From positions 1,897-65,896 of the forward strand of contig SVRQ01000009.1 in NCBI GenBank assembly GCA_015064725.1: a stretch of 64,000 nt of DNA. Reading direction: 5' to 3'. The DNA comes from Oscillospiraceae bacterium (GTDB lineage: Bacteria; Bacillota; Clostridia; Oscillospirales; CAG-272). Shown here one piece after another: positions 44,912 through 53,744 of this stretch; position 1 is the first letter of the stretch; the number at the start of each line of letters is the position of its first letter. The position numbers and the translations under genes are program-made. Below the pieces are notes generated by a model, which saw only the letters and a program-made list of their open reading frames with translations, was not told the origin of the DNA and did not search any database.

Positions 44912-46846
44912 TCAGTTCTCCTTGTCTTTTGTATAGTTGAGAAGTCCGCCTGCGAGAAGTATTTCGCGCTGGCGTGCCGTTGCTGCGAGGACGAGCGTTA
45001 CGTTTTCGCCCGTTGTCTTGTTGCAAAGTGTAAGCTCCTCTTTGTTTGCAATGCCGTCTGCAAAGCCGAGAATCTCTATATCGTCACCCTCTGCGATCTT
45101 TTCGTAATCGTCGGGGTCTTTGAACGTGAGGGGGATTATGCCGAAGTTGATAAGGTTTGCCATATGGATGCGCGCAAAGCTCTTTGCAACGACCGCCTTG
45201 ATACCGAGGTAAAGGGGAACGAGAGCCGCGTGCTCACGAGAGGAGCCCTGACCGTAGTTTGCACCGCCCACGATGATGCCGCCGCCAAGAGCCTTTGCTC
45301 TTTCGGGGAATTCTTTATCGCATACCGTGAAGCAGAATTCGGAAAGCTTCGGTACGTTGGAACGGTAGGGAAGTATCTTTGTGCCGGCGGGCATAATGTG
45401 GTCTGTTGTGATATTGTCGCCAACCTTGAGCACTGTCTTGCAGGAAAGGTCTTGTGCGGGGCGCACGCCTTTGGGGATGGGCTTGATGTTGGGGCCGCGC
45501 TCAACAAGAACGTCTGCCGATTCTTCTGCACTTGCGGGCATTTCTATAAGGTTATCGTTTACCTTCATAACCTCGGGGAGCGCGATCTCGGGAGCTTTTC
45601 CGAGCGTTCTGGGGTCTGTGAATACGCCCGTGATGGCGGAGGCTGCCGCCGTCTGGGGAGAAACGAGATATACCTTTGCATCGGCAGTGCCGCTTCTTGC
45701 TTCAAAGTTGCGGTTGAAGGTGCGAAGGCTGACACCTGCGGATTTGGGGGAGAAGCCCATACCGATGCAGGGACCGCACGCACATTCAAGGATTCTTGCG
45801 CCTGCGCTTACCATATCCGTAAGAGCGCCGCAGTCCGCAAGCATAGAGAGAACTTCTTTTGAGCCGGGGGAAACGGACATTTCTACGTCCGCGTGAACGG
45901 TTTTATCCTTGAGTATCGAGGATACCGTGAGCATATCGAGCATAGAAGAGTTCGTGCAGGAGCCTACGCATACCTGGTCGAGCTTCATTCCGGCAAGCTC
46001 GGAAACGGGGCGCACGTTGTCGGGGCTGTGGGGACAAGCCGCAAGAGGCACGAGCTCGGAAAGATCTACCGTGAGAGTTTCATCGTAAACAACGTCGTCG
46101 TCGGGAGCAAGAGGAACGTAATCGCACTCTCTCTGCTGAGATTTAAGGAAAGCGAGCGTTATTTCGTCGGAGGGGAAGACGGAGCTTGTAGCGCCGAGCT
46201 CTGCGCCCATATTCGTAATGGTTGCGCGTTCGGGAACGGAGAGCGTCTTAACGCCTTCGCCGTAGTATTCAACTACCTTTCCCACGCCGCCCTTAACGCC
46301 GAGCTTGGAAAGAACGTAGAGGATAACATCCTTGGCACCTACGAAATCGGGGAGCTTGCCTTTAAGCTCTACGCCGATTATCTTGGGCATATTGATGTAA
46401 TACGCGCCGCCGCCCATTGCAACGGCTACGTCAAGGCCGCCCGCACCCATTGCGAGCATACCAAGACCGCCCGCCGTGGGGGTATGGCTGTCGGAGCCGA
46501 TGAGGGTTTTGCCGGGTATTCCGAATCTTTCAAGGTGTACCTGGTGGCAGATGCCGTTGCCGGGACGGGAGAAACGCACGCCGTGCTTCTTTGTCACCGT
46601 CTGGATATATCTGTGGTCGTCTGCATTTTCAAAGCCGGCCTGAAGCGTGTTGTGGTCGATATATGCCACGGAAAGCTCTGTTTTAACTCTTTCCGTGCCC
46701 ATCGCTTCAAACTGGAGGTACGCCATAGTACCCGTTGCGTCCTGTGTAAGTGTCTGGTCTATGCGGAGTCCTATCTCGCTTCCCGGAGTCATTTCACCGG
46801 AAACGAGGTGGTTTTTGATTATTTTCTGCGCTATGGTAAGTCCCAT
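44912..46846 (-). CDS. aconitate hydratase
   Basis: Aconitase Fe-S ligand regions IGSDSHTP, GSCTNSS and CGPCIG. C-terminal swivel domain. 644 aa. Confidence 0.9.
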   Translation of the reverse strand: MGLTIAQKIIKNHLVSGEMTPGSEIGLRIDQTLTQDATGTMAYLQFEAMGTERVKTELSVAYIDHNTLQAGFENADDHRYIQTVTKKHGVRFSRPGNGICHQVHLERFGIPGKTLIGSDSHTPTAGGLGMLAMGAGGLDVAVAMGGGAYYINMPKIIGVELKGKLPDFVGAKDVILYVLSKLGVKGGVGKVVEYYGEGVKTLSVPERATITNMGAELGATSSVFPSDEITLAFLKSQQRECDYVPLAPDDDVVYDETLTVDLSELVPLAACPHSPDNVRPVSELAGMKLDQVCVGSCTNSSMLDMLTVSSILKDKTVHADVEMSVSPGSKEVLSMLADCGALTDMVSAGARILECACGPCIGMGFSPKSAGVSLRTFNRNFEARSGTADAKVYLVSPQTAAASAITGVFTDPRTLGKAPEIALPEVMKVNDNLIEMPASAEESADVLVERGPNIKPIPKGVRPAQDLSCKTVLKVGDNITTDHIMPAGTKILPYRSNVPKLSEFCFTVCDKEFPERAKALGGGIIVGGANYGQGSSREHAALVPLYLGIKAVVAKSFARIHMANLINFGIIPLTFKDPDDYEKIAEGDDIEILGFADGIANKEELTLCNKTTGENVTLVLAATARQREILLAGGLLNYTKDKEN

Positions 46847-46861
46847 ATCGGTGGTGTCCTT

Positions 46862-47521
46862 TCAATCTTTATTTTGTATTATGGTAAGCAGGTTTGAGAG
46901 TGCGAGCTCTACGTGCGCGGACATGAGCGAATCCGCGCCATCGGCATCGCCTTTTTTGATAGCTTCAACGATCTCTCTGTGTTCCGCCAATGATCTTTCA
47001 AGCCGTCCCTTAACGGAAAGGGAAAGCTTGCGGTAGCACACGATGTAGCGGTGAAGCTCCGAAAGCGTTTTGCCGAGTATCCTGCTTTGGCAATAGCCGT
47101 AGATTATATCGTGAAAGTCGGAATCAAGGTCCTTGAGCTTTTCTATATTTCCCTTGGACATATAAAATTCCGTAAGCTCTATGTTGTCCGAAAGCTGACG
47201 GATGAGCGTTTCGTCTGCGTTTTCCGCGGCGATGCGCGCGGCAAGCCCCTCAAGGCGCGTTCTTATTTTATATATATCGATAAGATCGCGCTCGGAAATG
47301 CCAACGACCACCGCGCCCTTGTTCGGGCGAAGCTTTATAAGCCCCTCGCGGTCGAGGCGCTGGAGTGCTTCGCGCACGGGTGTGCGGCTTACGCCCAGCT
47401 CCTTTGAAAGCTTCATTTCCGTAACGGAGTCACCAGCACGAAGCTTTTGGGAAAGTATTTGATCTTCAAGTATGTTATAGACCTTTTCTTCAAGTGTTGA
47501 TGCTCCGTCCGGTTGAAACAT
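46862..47521 (-). CDS. GntR-family transcriptional regulator (FadR/FCD subfamily)
   Basis: Winged HTH (LSKELGVSRTPVREALQRLDREGLI) plus a C-terminal FCD domain. 219 aa. Confidence 0.88.
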   Translation of the reverse strand: MFQPDGASTLEEKVYNILEDQILSQKLRAGDSVTEMKLSKELGVSRTPVREALQRLDREGLIKLRPNKGAVVVGISERDLIDIYKIRTRLEGLAARIAAENADETLIRQLSDNIELTEFYMSKGNIEKLKDLDSDFHDIIYGYCQSRILGKTLSELHRYIVCYRKLSLSVKGRLERSLAEHREIVEAIKKGDADGADSLMSAHVELALSNLLTIIQNKD

Positions 47522-47547
47522 CTTTGCGTCCTGCCTTCTGTTGTAGA

Positions 47548-48954
47548 TTATTCTTCGGTGGTCTGCGCTTCTTCTTTTGCGTTTGCTGCTTCAAGCTCCT
47601 TGCTAAGGGAGATGAATATCTCTTCGAGCTCGGGATCCGTCATAAGCGTCACTCTGCCTTCGGCGTAAAGCTTGTCGATAGCATCCTTCATTTTAATAAC
47701 TATCTCGTCACGCTTGGATACCGTTTCCTCTCCGCGCAAGCGGTAGTGGTTGTTTATCCAATATGCAATTCCCGCAAGGCCTGATGTGTTGGAAACGGAA
47801 ACGCTGGCGGGCACGCCGAGTATGCGCTCCGTATCGAAGATATTGTATATCTCCGCATCCTTCATCATACCGTCTGCGTGAATACCCGCGCGGGTTACGT
47901 TGAAGTTTTCTCCGATGAACGGGGTCATAGGAGGTACGTTGTAGCCGAGGTTCTTTTTATAGTATTCCGCTATCTCTGTGATAACAGAGGGATCCATACC
48001 GTCGAAGGAGCCGCGGATGGAGGCATATTCGATAACCATTGCCTCAAGCGGCACGTTGCCCGTGCGTTCTCCTATTCCGAGGAGCGAGCAGTTGACGGCG
48101 GAAGCACCGTAGAGCCAAGCCGTTGTGGCGTTGGAAACAGCCTTGTAGAAGTCGTTATGTCCGTGCCATTCAAGCATCTCACTCGGTACGTTTGCGTAAT
48201 GGTGCAAGCCATATACCATACCGGGAACGCTTCGGGGAAGGGCGACTTCGCTGAAAGGAACGCCGTAGCCCATAGTATCGCACATACGGATCTTTACGGG
48301 GATGTTCGCCTGCTCGGAAAGCTCTGTAAGCTCATTTACGAAGGGAACAACGAAACCGTAGAAATCGGCGCGCGTAATATCTTCAAGGTGGCAACGGGGG
48401 CGAAGGCCCGCGTTGAAGGCATCGTAAACAACGGAAAGGTACTTGTTAAGTGCCTGGGAGCGCGTCATACCGAGCTTTTTGAATATATGGTAGTCGGAGC
48501 AGGAAACGAGGATACCCGTTTCTTTGATACCGATGTCGCGCACGAGCTTGAAGTCCTCCTTCGTTGCGCGTATCCAGGTCGTGATCTCCGGGAATTTATA
48601 GCCGAGCTCCATGCATTTCTCAACGGCGTCGCGGTCTTTTTTGCTGTAAACGAAAAATTCGCTCTGGCGAATTATGCCTTTTTCACCGCCGAGGCGCGAG
48701 AGCATCTTGTAAAGGTCAACTATCTGCTCCGTCGTATAGGGGGCGCGGGACTGCTGACCGTCGCGGAAGGTCGTGTCCGTGATCCATATTTCCTTGGGCA
48801 TAGAGATGGGCACTCTGCGGTGGTTGAACGGAACTTTCGGAACTTCCGTATAAGGATATATATCTCTGTACAGGTTGGGGTTTTCAACGTCCTGAAGAGA
48901 GTATTTGTATTGCGAAAATTCAAGCAAATTACTTGCGTCGCTTCTTGTAAGCAT
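47548..48954 (-). CDS. putative Re-face citrate synthase (HMGL-like / homocitrate-isopropylmalate synthase family)
   Basis: DRE-TIM metallolyase motifs TDTTFRDGQQ and EWHGHNDFYKAVSNATTAW. It is the first gene of an operon with aconitase and IDH. 468 aa. Confidence 0.65.
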   Translation of the reverse strand: MLTRSDASNLLEFSQYKYSLQDVENPNLYRDIYPYTEVPKVPFNHRRVPISMPKEIWITDTTFRDGQQSRAPYTTEQIVDLYKMLSRLGGEKGIIRQSEFFVYSKKDRDAVEKCMELGYKFPEITTWIRATKEDFKLVRDIGIKETGILVSCSDYHIFKKLGMTRSQALNKYLSVVYDAFNAGLRPRCHLEDITRADFYGFVVPFVNELTELSEQANIPVKIRMCDTMGYGVPFSEVALPRSVPGMVYGLHHYANVPSEMLEWHGHNDFYKAVSNATTAWLYGASAVNCSLLGIGERTGNVPLEAMVIEYASIRGSFDGMDPSVITEIAEYYKKNLGYNVPPMTPFIGENFNVTRAGIHADGMMKDAEIYNIFDTERILGVPASVSVSNTSGLAGIAYWINNHYRLRGEETVSKRDEIVIKMKDAIDKLYAEGRVTLMTDPELEEIFISLSKELEAANAKEEAQTTEE

Positions 48955-48973
48955 TGTTTATTCCTCCAAAGGG

Positions 48974-49001
48974 ATTGTATGATTGTATACAATTATACAA
49001 T
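48974..49001. promoter_or_regulatory. candidate GntR operator: 26/28 palindrome with a perfect 12-bp core
   Basis: ATTGTATgATTGTATACAATtATACAAT. The core ATTGTATACAAT lies at 48982-48993 and overlaps the -10 box and the predicted transcription start of the minus-strand operon. Confidence 0.55.
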
Positions 49002-49020
49002 TGAGTTTGGGCTTTGTCAA
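48992..49020 (-). promoter_or_regulatory. consensus SigA promoter of the citrate synthase-gntR-acn-idh operon
   Basis: On the minus strand: TTGACA (49020-49015), 17-nt spacer, TATAAT (48997-48992). Confidence 0.7.
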
Positions 49021-49191
49021 TAGCGCGCAAAAAATTTTCGTGAAAATTTAAAATTTATTCAAAATTTATTTGCTTTTGCCGTAAAGGTGAAAATAACCAA
49101 AAAACCAAGCCTTGATACAGCGTTTTTCACAATGCAATATGCAACGTAAAAGGAGTTTTTCACTATTGAAAGGAAAAAACAATAATTTTTA

Positions 49192-49220
49192 TTGACAAAC
49201 GGGTTTGAATGTTGTAAAAT
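49192..49220 (+). promoter_or_regulatory. SigA-type promoter upstream of the RpiR regulator / BMC locus
   Basis: TTGACA (49192-49197), 17-nt spacer, TAAAAT (49215-49220). Confidence 0.55.
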
Positions 49221-49309
49221 GAAGAAAAATGAAAATATTTTTCATTTGATAAAAAAAGAAACATCAAAAAAACGCAGTAAATTTTCAGAACGAAAGCGAG
49301 GGCGTATAA

Positions 49310-50152
49310 TTGAATAAAATAATTCTCAAGACCCAGCTTTTGTATTCCGAAATGGGAAAATCCGAAAAAAAGGTTGCGGATTGGCTTATTTCCCATCCGG
49401 GAGATAATCTTCCGATGTCTATTTCGGAGCTTGCCGAGCTTTGCGAAAGCTCGGAATCCACCATTGTGCGTTTTGCCCGCAGGCTCGGCTTTTCCGGCTA
49501 CGGAGAGCTTAAGATCTGCGTTGCGGGAGAGCAGGAGAAAAAGGTGGTATTGCCCACGATAAACGAAAATGACTCCTGCTTTGAGATACTTGAAAAAATA
49601 TGTAACGATGCATACCTTTCCTTTGAGCGCACAAAGCGCACCATCGCTCCCGAAAACATTGCCGCCGCGGCAAACCTTATCGCGGGCGCGGGCAAGACCG
49701 TGCTTATCGGTCTCGGCTCCTCCGCCTCCGTTGCACAGGATGCGGCAAACAAGTTTTTGCGCGCCGGCTACCCCGCGTACTCCTACGGGGATACGCATAT
49801 GCAGATGATAGCTGCCTCCCATATGAAGGCGGGGGACGTGCTTATAGGCGTTTCCCAATCCGGTGCTTCAAAGGATATAGTGGAGGCGCTCAAGTTCGCA
49901 AAGAGCCGCGGAATCTCCACCATCTGCATCACGGGTACAGATAGATCGCCCATTATGAAACAGAGCGACATCGTACTTTTAACGGACACGGAGGAAACGA
50001 AGCACAGCTCCCTTGCGCTGAGTTCCCATCTGTCGCGCCTGGTTGTCATAGACTCTCTTTGCTATTACCTTGTATATAGAAACGAGGCAAACGGCACGGG
50101 CCTTGACGAGGAAAACGAAAATAACCTCAGATCCAAACGCGTTAACGAATAA
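49310..50152 (+). CDS. MurR/RpiR-family transcriptional regulator (HTH + SIS sugar-phosphate domain)
   Basis: HTH_6 region (EKKVADWLISHPGD...SISELAELCESSESTIVRFARRLGFSGY). SIS domain (VLIGLGSSASVAQD...VSQSGASKD). TTG start. Confidence 0.85.
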   Translation: MNKIILKTQLLYSEMGKSEKKVADWLISHPGDNLPMSISELAELCESSESTIVRFARRLGFSGYGELKICVAGEQEKKVVLPTINENDSCFEILEKICNDAYLSFERTKRTIAPENIAAAANLIAGAGKTVLIGLGSSASVAQDAANKFLRAGYPAYSYGDTHMQMIAASHMKAGDVLIGVSQSGASKDIVEALKFAKSRGISTICITGTDRSPIMKQSDIVLLTDTEETKHSSLALSSHLSRLVVIDSLCYYLVYRNEANGTGLDEENENNLRSKRVNE

Positions 50153-50195
50153 ACAGTCAATTTTTATACAAGCAAATAAATGCGGAGGAAAAGTT

Positions 50196-51395
50196 ATGAA
50201 AATTTTGGTTATCAACTCGGGCAGTTCATCGCTTAAATATCAGCTTTTCGATATGACAAGCGGGGAAGTGCTTGCAAAAGGCCTTTGCGAACGCATCGGC
50301 GGCGAATGCGGTATCATTACCCACAAGCGCCCCGGACACGAGCCATATAAGGCAGAACCCGTGCTTCCCGACCACGGTGCGGCTCTTTCTCTGGTTCTTG
50401 GTCTTATCACGGATAAGGAGCTTGGCGTTATCGAGCATATCGACGAGATAGAAGCTGTTGGCCACCGCGTGGCACACGGCGGCGAAATGCTCAAGAGCTC
50501 TTCTCTTATCGGAGAAAAGGAGCTTGAATACCTCTATTCCATCGTGGATATAAACCCCCTGCACGGTCCGCCCGCGATCAAGGGCATAGAAGCGTGCAAA
50601 AAGCTTCTTCCCAAGGTACCGCAGGTCGGCGTTTTCGATACGTCTTATTACAGCACGATACCCGATTACACTTACATCTGCCCTTTGCCTTACGAATATT
50701 ACGAAAAATATAAAATACGCCGCTACGGCTTCCACGGCACCAGCCACCGTTTTGTAACGGCGGAATGTGCAAAGATCATGGGCAAGCCGCTTGAAGAACT
50801 TAAAATAATCACTTGCCATATGGGCAACGGCTCCTCCATCACGGCAACAAAATACGGCAAGGCTCTTGATACGTCTATGGGCTTTACCCCTCAGGACGGT
50901 CTTATAATGGGTACACGCTCCGGCGCTATAGACCCTACCGTTCTTACATATATTATGAAAACGGAAAACGTTTCCGCACAGGAAATGGACGATATAATCA
51001 ACCGCAAATCCGGTCTTCTCGGTGTTTCCGGCGTTTCCAACGACTGCCGCGAGATCTGGGAAGCTGCGGACGCAGGCAATAAGAGAGCAAAGCTTGCGCT
51101 CGATATGCTTATAAACGACGTTAAAAAGATAGTAGGCTCTTACCTTGCCGAAATGAACGGCGCGGATGCGCTCGTATTCACAGCGGGTATCGGCGAAAAT
51201 GACTTTGCCGTACGCGAAGGCGTTTGCCGCGATATGGATTTCTTCGGTATCAAGATAGACGAAGAAAAGAACAAGAACGCCGCAAGAGGCGAATTTAACG
51301 ATATTACCGCGCCGGACGGAAAGATGAAGGTCTTCATCATTCCCACGGACGAGGAATATATGATAGCAAAAGACACACAAAATCTTGTAAAATAA
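50196..51395 (+). CDS. ackA: acetate/propionate kinase
   Basis: Start moved to ATG 50196 (GGAGGA RBS). MKILVINSGSSSLKYQLF, HRVAHGG, YGFHGTSH, FTAGIGEN. 399 aa. Confidence 0.93.
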   Translation: MKILVINSGSSSLKYQLFDMTSGEVLAKGLCERIGGECGIITHKRPGHEPYKAEPVLPDHGAALSLVLGLITDKELGVIEHIDEIEAVGHRVAHGGEMLKSSSLIGEKELEYLYSIVDINPLHGPPAIKGIEACKKLLPKVPQVGVFDTSYYSTIPDYTYICPLPYEYYEKYKIRRYGFHGTSHRFVTAECAKIMGKPLEELKIITCHMGNGSSITATKYGKALDTSMGFTPQDGLIMGTRSGAIDPTVLTYIMKTENVSAQEMDDIINRKSGLLGVSGVSNDCREIWEAADAGNKRAKLALDMLINDVKKIVGSYLAEMNGADALVFTAGIGENDFAVREGVCRDMDFFGIKIDEEKNKNAARGEFNDITAPDGKMKVFIIPTDEEYMIAKDTQNLVK

Positions 51396-51418
51396 TTAAA
51401 TGAAAGGAATATAAAACT

Positions 51419-52222
51419 ATGGTTTCATCTTTCGAAATTAAAAAAGAGATCTGCGAAGTAGGTCACAAAATCTATGCAGAGGGCTTCGTTGCTGCAAACG
51501 ACGGTAACATCTCCGTTAAAGTAAACGATAACGAATACTACTGCACCCCCACAGGCGTTTCCAAGGGCGACCTTACACCCGATATGATCATTCGTATCGA
51601 CGGCAAGGGCAACAAGATCGAAGGCAGACTCAACCCCTCCTCCGAAATTAAAATGCACCTCCGTGTTTACCAGGAACGTCCCGACGTAAACGCAGTTGTA
51701 CACGCTCATCCCCCCGTTGCAACAGCCTTCACAGTTGCAGGCGTACCGCTTGACAAGTACATCCTTCCCGAAGCAGTTCTTACAATCGGCTTCGTTCCCA
51801 CTTGCGAATACGGTACACCCTCCACAATGGAAATTCCCGATTCCCTTATGCCCTACATCCAGAACCACGACGCGTTCCTTCTCAAAAACCACGGTGCTCT
51901 TACAGTAGGTAACACACTTAAAAAAGCTTTCTTCACAATGGAAGAAGTTGAATTCAACGCAAAGATCTGCAAATACGCTATGGAACTCGGCAAGGTTGAA
52001 GAAATTCCTTGCGATCAGCTTGAAAAGCTCATGGATCTCCGTAAGAAGATGCGTATCCCCGGCAAGCACCCCGGCTGCAAAACTTGCAAAAACCTCGGCA
52101 CACCCGATTGCAAGTGCAAACAGAATGCAGAACCCAAGAGCGGCATCGTAACGGCTTCCGGCGCTGACGAAGCTCTCATTGCTGAAATCACAAAGAAAGT
52201 TCTCGCTTCTCTTGGCAGATAA
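51419..52222 (+). CDS. class II aldolase (L-fuculose/rhamnulose-phosphate aldolase-like) with a C-terminal encapsulation peptide
   Basis: Aldolase_II motifs (GNISVKV, EIKMHLRVY, VVHAHPP, LLKNHGALTVG). C-terminal extension CKTCKNLGTPDCKC followed by the amphipathic helix DEALIAEITKKVLASL. Confidence 0.85.
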   Translation: MVSSFEIKKEICEVGHKIYAEGFVAANDGNISVKVNDNEYYCTPTGVSKGDLTPDMIIRIDGKGNKIEGRLNPSSEIKMHLRVYQERPDVNAVVHAHPPVATAFTVAGVPLDKYILPEAVLTIGFVPTCEYGTPSTMEIPDSLMPYIQNHDAFLLKNHGALTVGNTLKKAFFTMEEVEFNAKICKYAMELGKVEEIPCDQLEKLMDLRKKMRIPGKHPGCKTCKNLGTPDCKCKQNAEPKSGIVTASGADEALIAEITKKVLASLGR

Positions 52223-52267
52223 TTTTTGGCTTTGCTGAAAATTAAACCTTGAAAGGAGAGATATAAA

Positions 52268-53725
52268 ATGGCAATCAACTGGACAGACGCGCAGATAGAA
52301 GAGATCGTTAAAATGGTCGTTTCCCAGATCGGCGGCGAGGCGAAAAAAGAAACGCCCGCATTCGATTCCGAAAGCTATAACGGCAGAAAATTTATCGGTA
52401 TCTTCGAGGATATGAACGATGCCATAAACGCCGCAAATGCAGGCTATAAGGCAATTCGCTCTATGCGCGTTGAAGAAAGAGAAAAGCTCATCTCCAAGAT
52501 CCGCGAGCTTACGCGCGAGGAAGCCGAAATTATGGCGACCATCGGCGTTGCGGAAACAAAGATGGGCAGAGTAGATCACAAGATCGCAAAACACCGTCTT
52601 GTAGCAGACAAGACGCCCGGAACGGAAGACATCATCTCTCAGGTTAAAACAGGCGACTGCGGTCTTACGCTTACGGAAATGGCTCCTTTCGGCGTTGTTG
52701 GCAGCATTACTCCCAGCACGAACCCTTCCGAAACAGTCATCTGCAACAGTATGGGTATGATAGCGGCGGGCAACGGTATCGTTTTCAACCCCCACCCCAA
52801 CGCTATTGCAACATCCAACTATGCCGTTGACCTTATAAACCGTGCGTGCTTCGCAGCGGGCGGCCCCAAGATACTTGTTGCCTCCGTTAAGAAGCCCACG
52901 CTCGATACGGCGAACATTATGTATAAGAGCCCGCTTATCAGACTTCTCGTTTGTACCGGCGGCCCCGGCGTTGTAAAAGCTGTTCTTTCCTCCGGCAAGA
53001 AGGCTATCGGCGCGGGCGCGGGAAATCCCCCCGTTATCGTTGACGATACGGCGGATATAAAGAAAGCCGCAAAAGACATTATCGACGGCTGTACGTTCGA
53101 TAACAACCTGCCCTGCATCGCGGAAAAGGAAGTTTTCGCGTTCGACAATATTGCGGACGAGCTTATCGACGGTATGCTGAAGAACGGCGCATACAAGATC
53201 ACGGCGGCGCAAGCGGACGAGCTTGCAAAGATAGTTCTCGTTGACGTTAAGAACCCCAAAACAGGCATCGTTAAGAAGACTGTTTGCCGCGACTGCGTCG
53301 GCAGAGATGCAAAGGTGCTTCTCTCCAAGATCGGCGTAAGCGTTGGCGATGAGGTTCGCTGCATTATATGCGAAACGGGCTTTGACCACCTCTTCGTTCA
53401 GGAAGAGCTTATGATGCCCATCCTTCCCATCGTTCGCGTTAAGAACATCGACGAAGCTATCGAAAAGGCTGTTGCCGCAGAACACGGAAACAGACATACG
53501 GCTCATATGCACTCCAAGAATATCGACAACCTCACAAGATTTGCGCGTGCGGTTGAAACGACTATATTCGTTAAAAACGCTCCTTCCTACGCGGGCATAG
53601 GCTTTGGCGGCGAAGGACATACAACATTTACTATCGCAGGCCCCACGGGCGAGGGTATCACCTCCGCGAAGAGCTTTACTCGCCTTCGCCGCTGCGTAAT
53701 GGCGGACAATTTCCGCATAATCTAA
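52268..53725 (+). CDS. CoA-acylating aldehyde dehydrogenase (PduP/EutE-like) with an N-terminal encapsulation peptide
   Basis: N-terminal helix TDAQIEEIVKMVVSQI followed by a linker. ALDH core with catalytic Cys in NNLPCIAEKE. 485 aa. Confidence 0.88.
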   Translation: MAINWTDAQIEEIVKMVVSQIGGEAKKETPAFDSESYNGRKFIGIFEDMNDAINAANAGYKAIRSMRVEEREKLISKIRELTREEAEIMATIGVAETKMGRVDHKIAKHRLVADKTPGTEDIISQVKTGDCGLTLTEMAPFGVVGSITPSTNPSETVICNSMGMIAAGNGIVFNPHPNAIATSNYAVDLINRACFAAGGPKILVASVKKPTLDTANIMYKSPLIRLLVCTGGPGVVKAVLSSGKKAIGAGAGNPPVIVDDTADIKKAAKDIIDGCTFDNNLPCIAEKEVFAFDNIADELIDGMLKNGAYKITAAQADELAKIVLVDVKNPKTGIVKKTVCRDCVGRDAKVLLSKIGVSVGDEVRCIICETGFDHLFVQEELMMPILPIVRVKNIDEAIEKAVAAEHGNRHTAHMHSKNIDNLTRFARAVETTIFVKNAPSYAGIGFGGEGHTTFTIAGPTGEGITSAKSFTRLRRCVMADNFRII

Positions 53726-53744
53726 TCGAAAGGATGAGATAGAA

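Noticed and set aside
43717-49023. Plus-strand ORFs 43717..44940, 44909..45862, 45893..46897 and 47878..49023
   Set aside because: All are antisense to the minus-strand IDH, aconitase, GntR and citrate-synthase genes, which carry strong family signatures. The plus-strand products are low-complexity and rich in Cys, Arg and Val.
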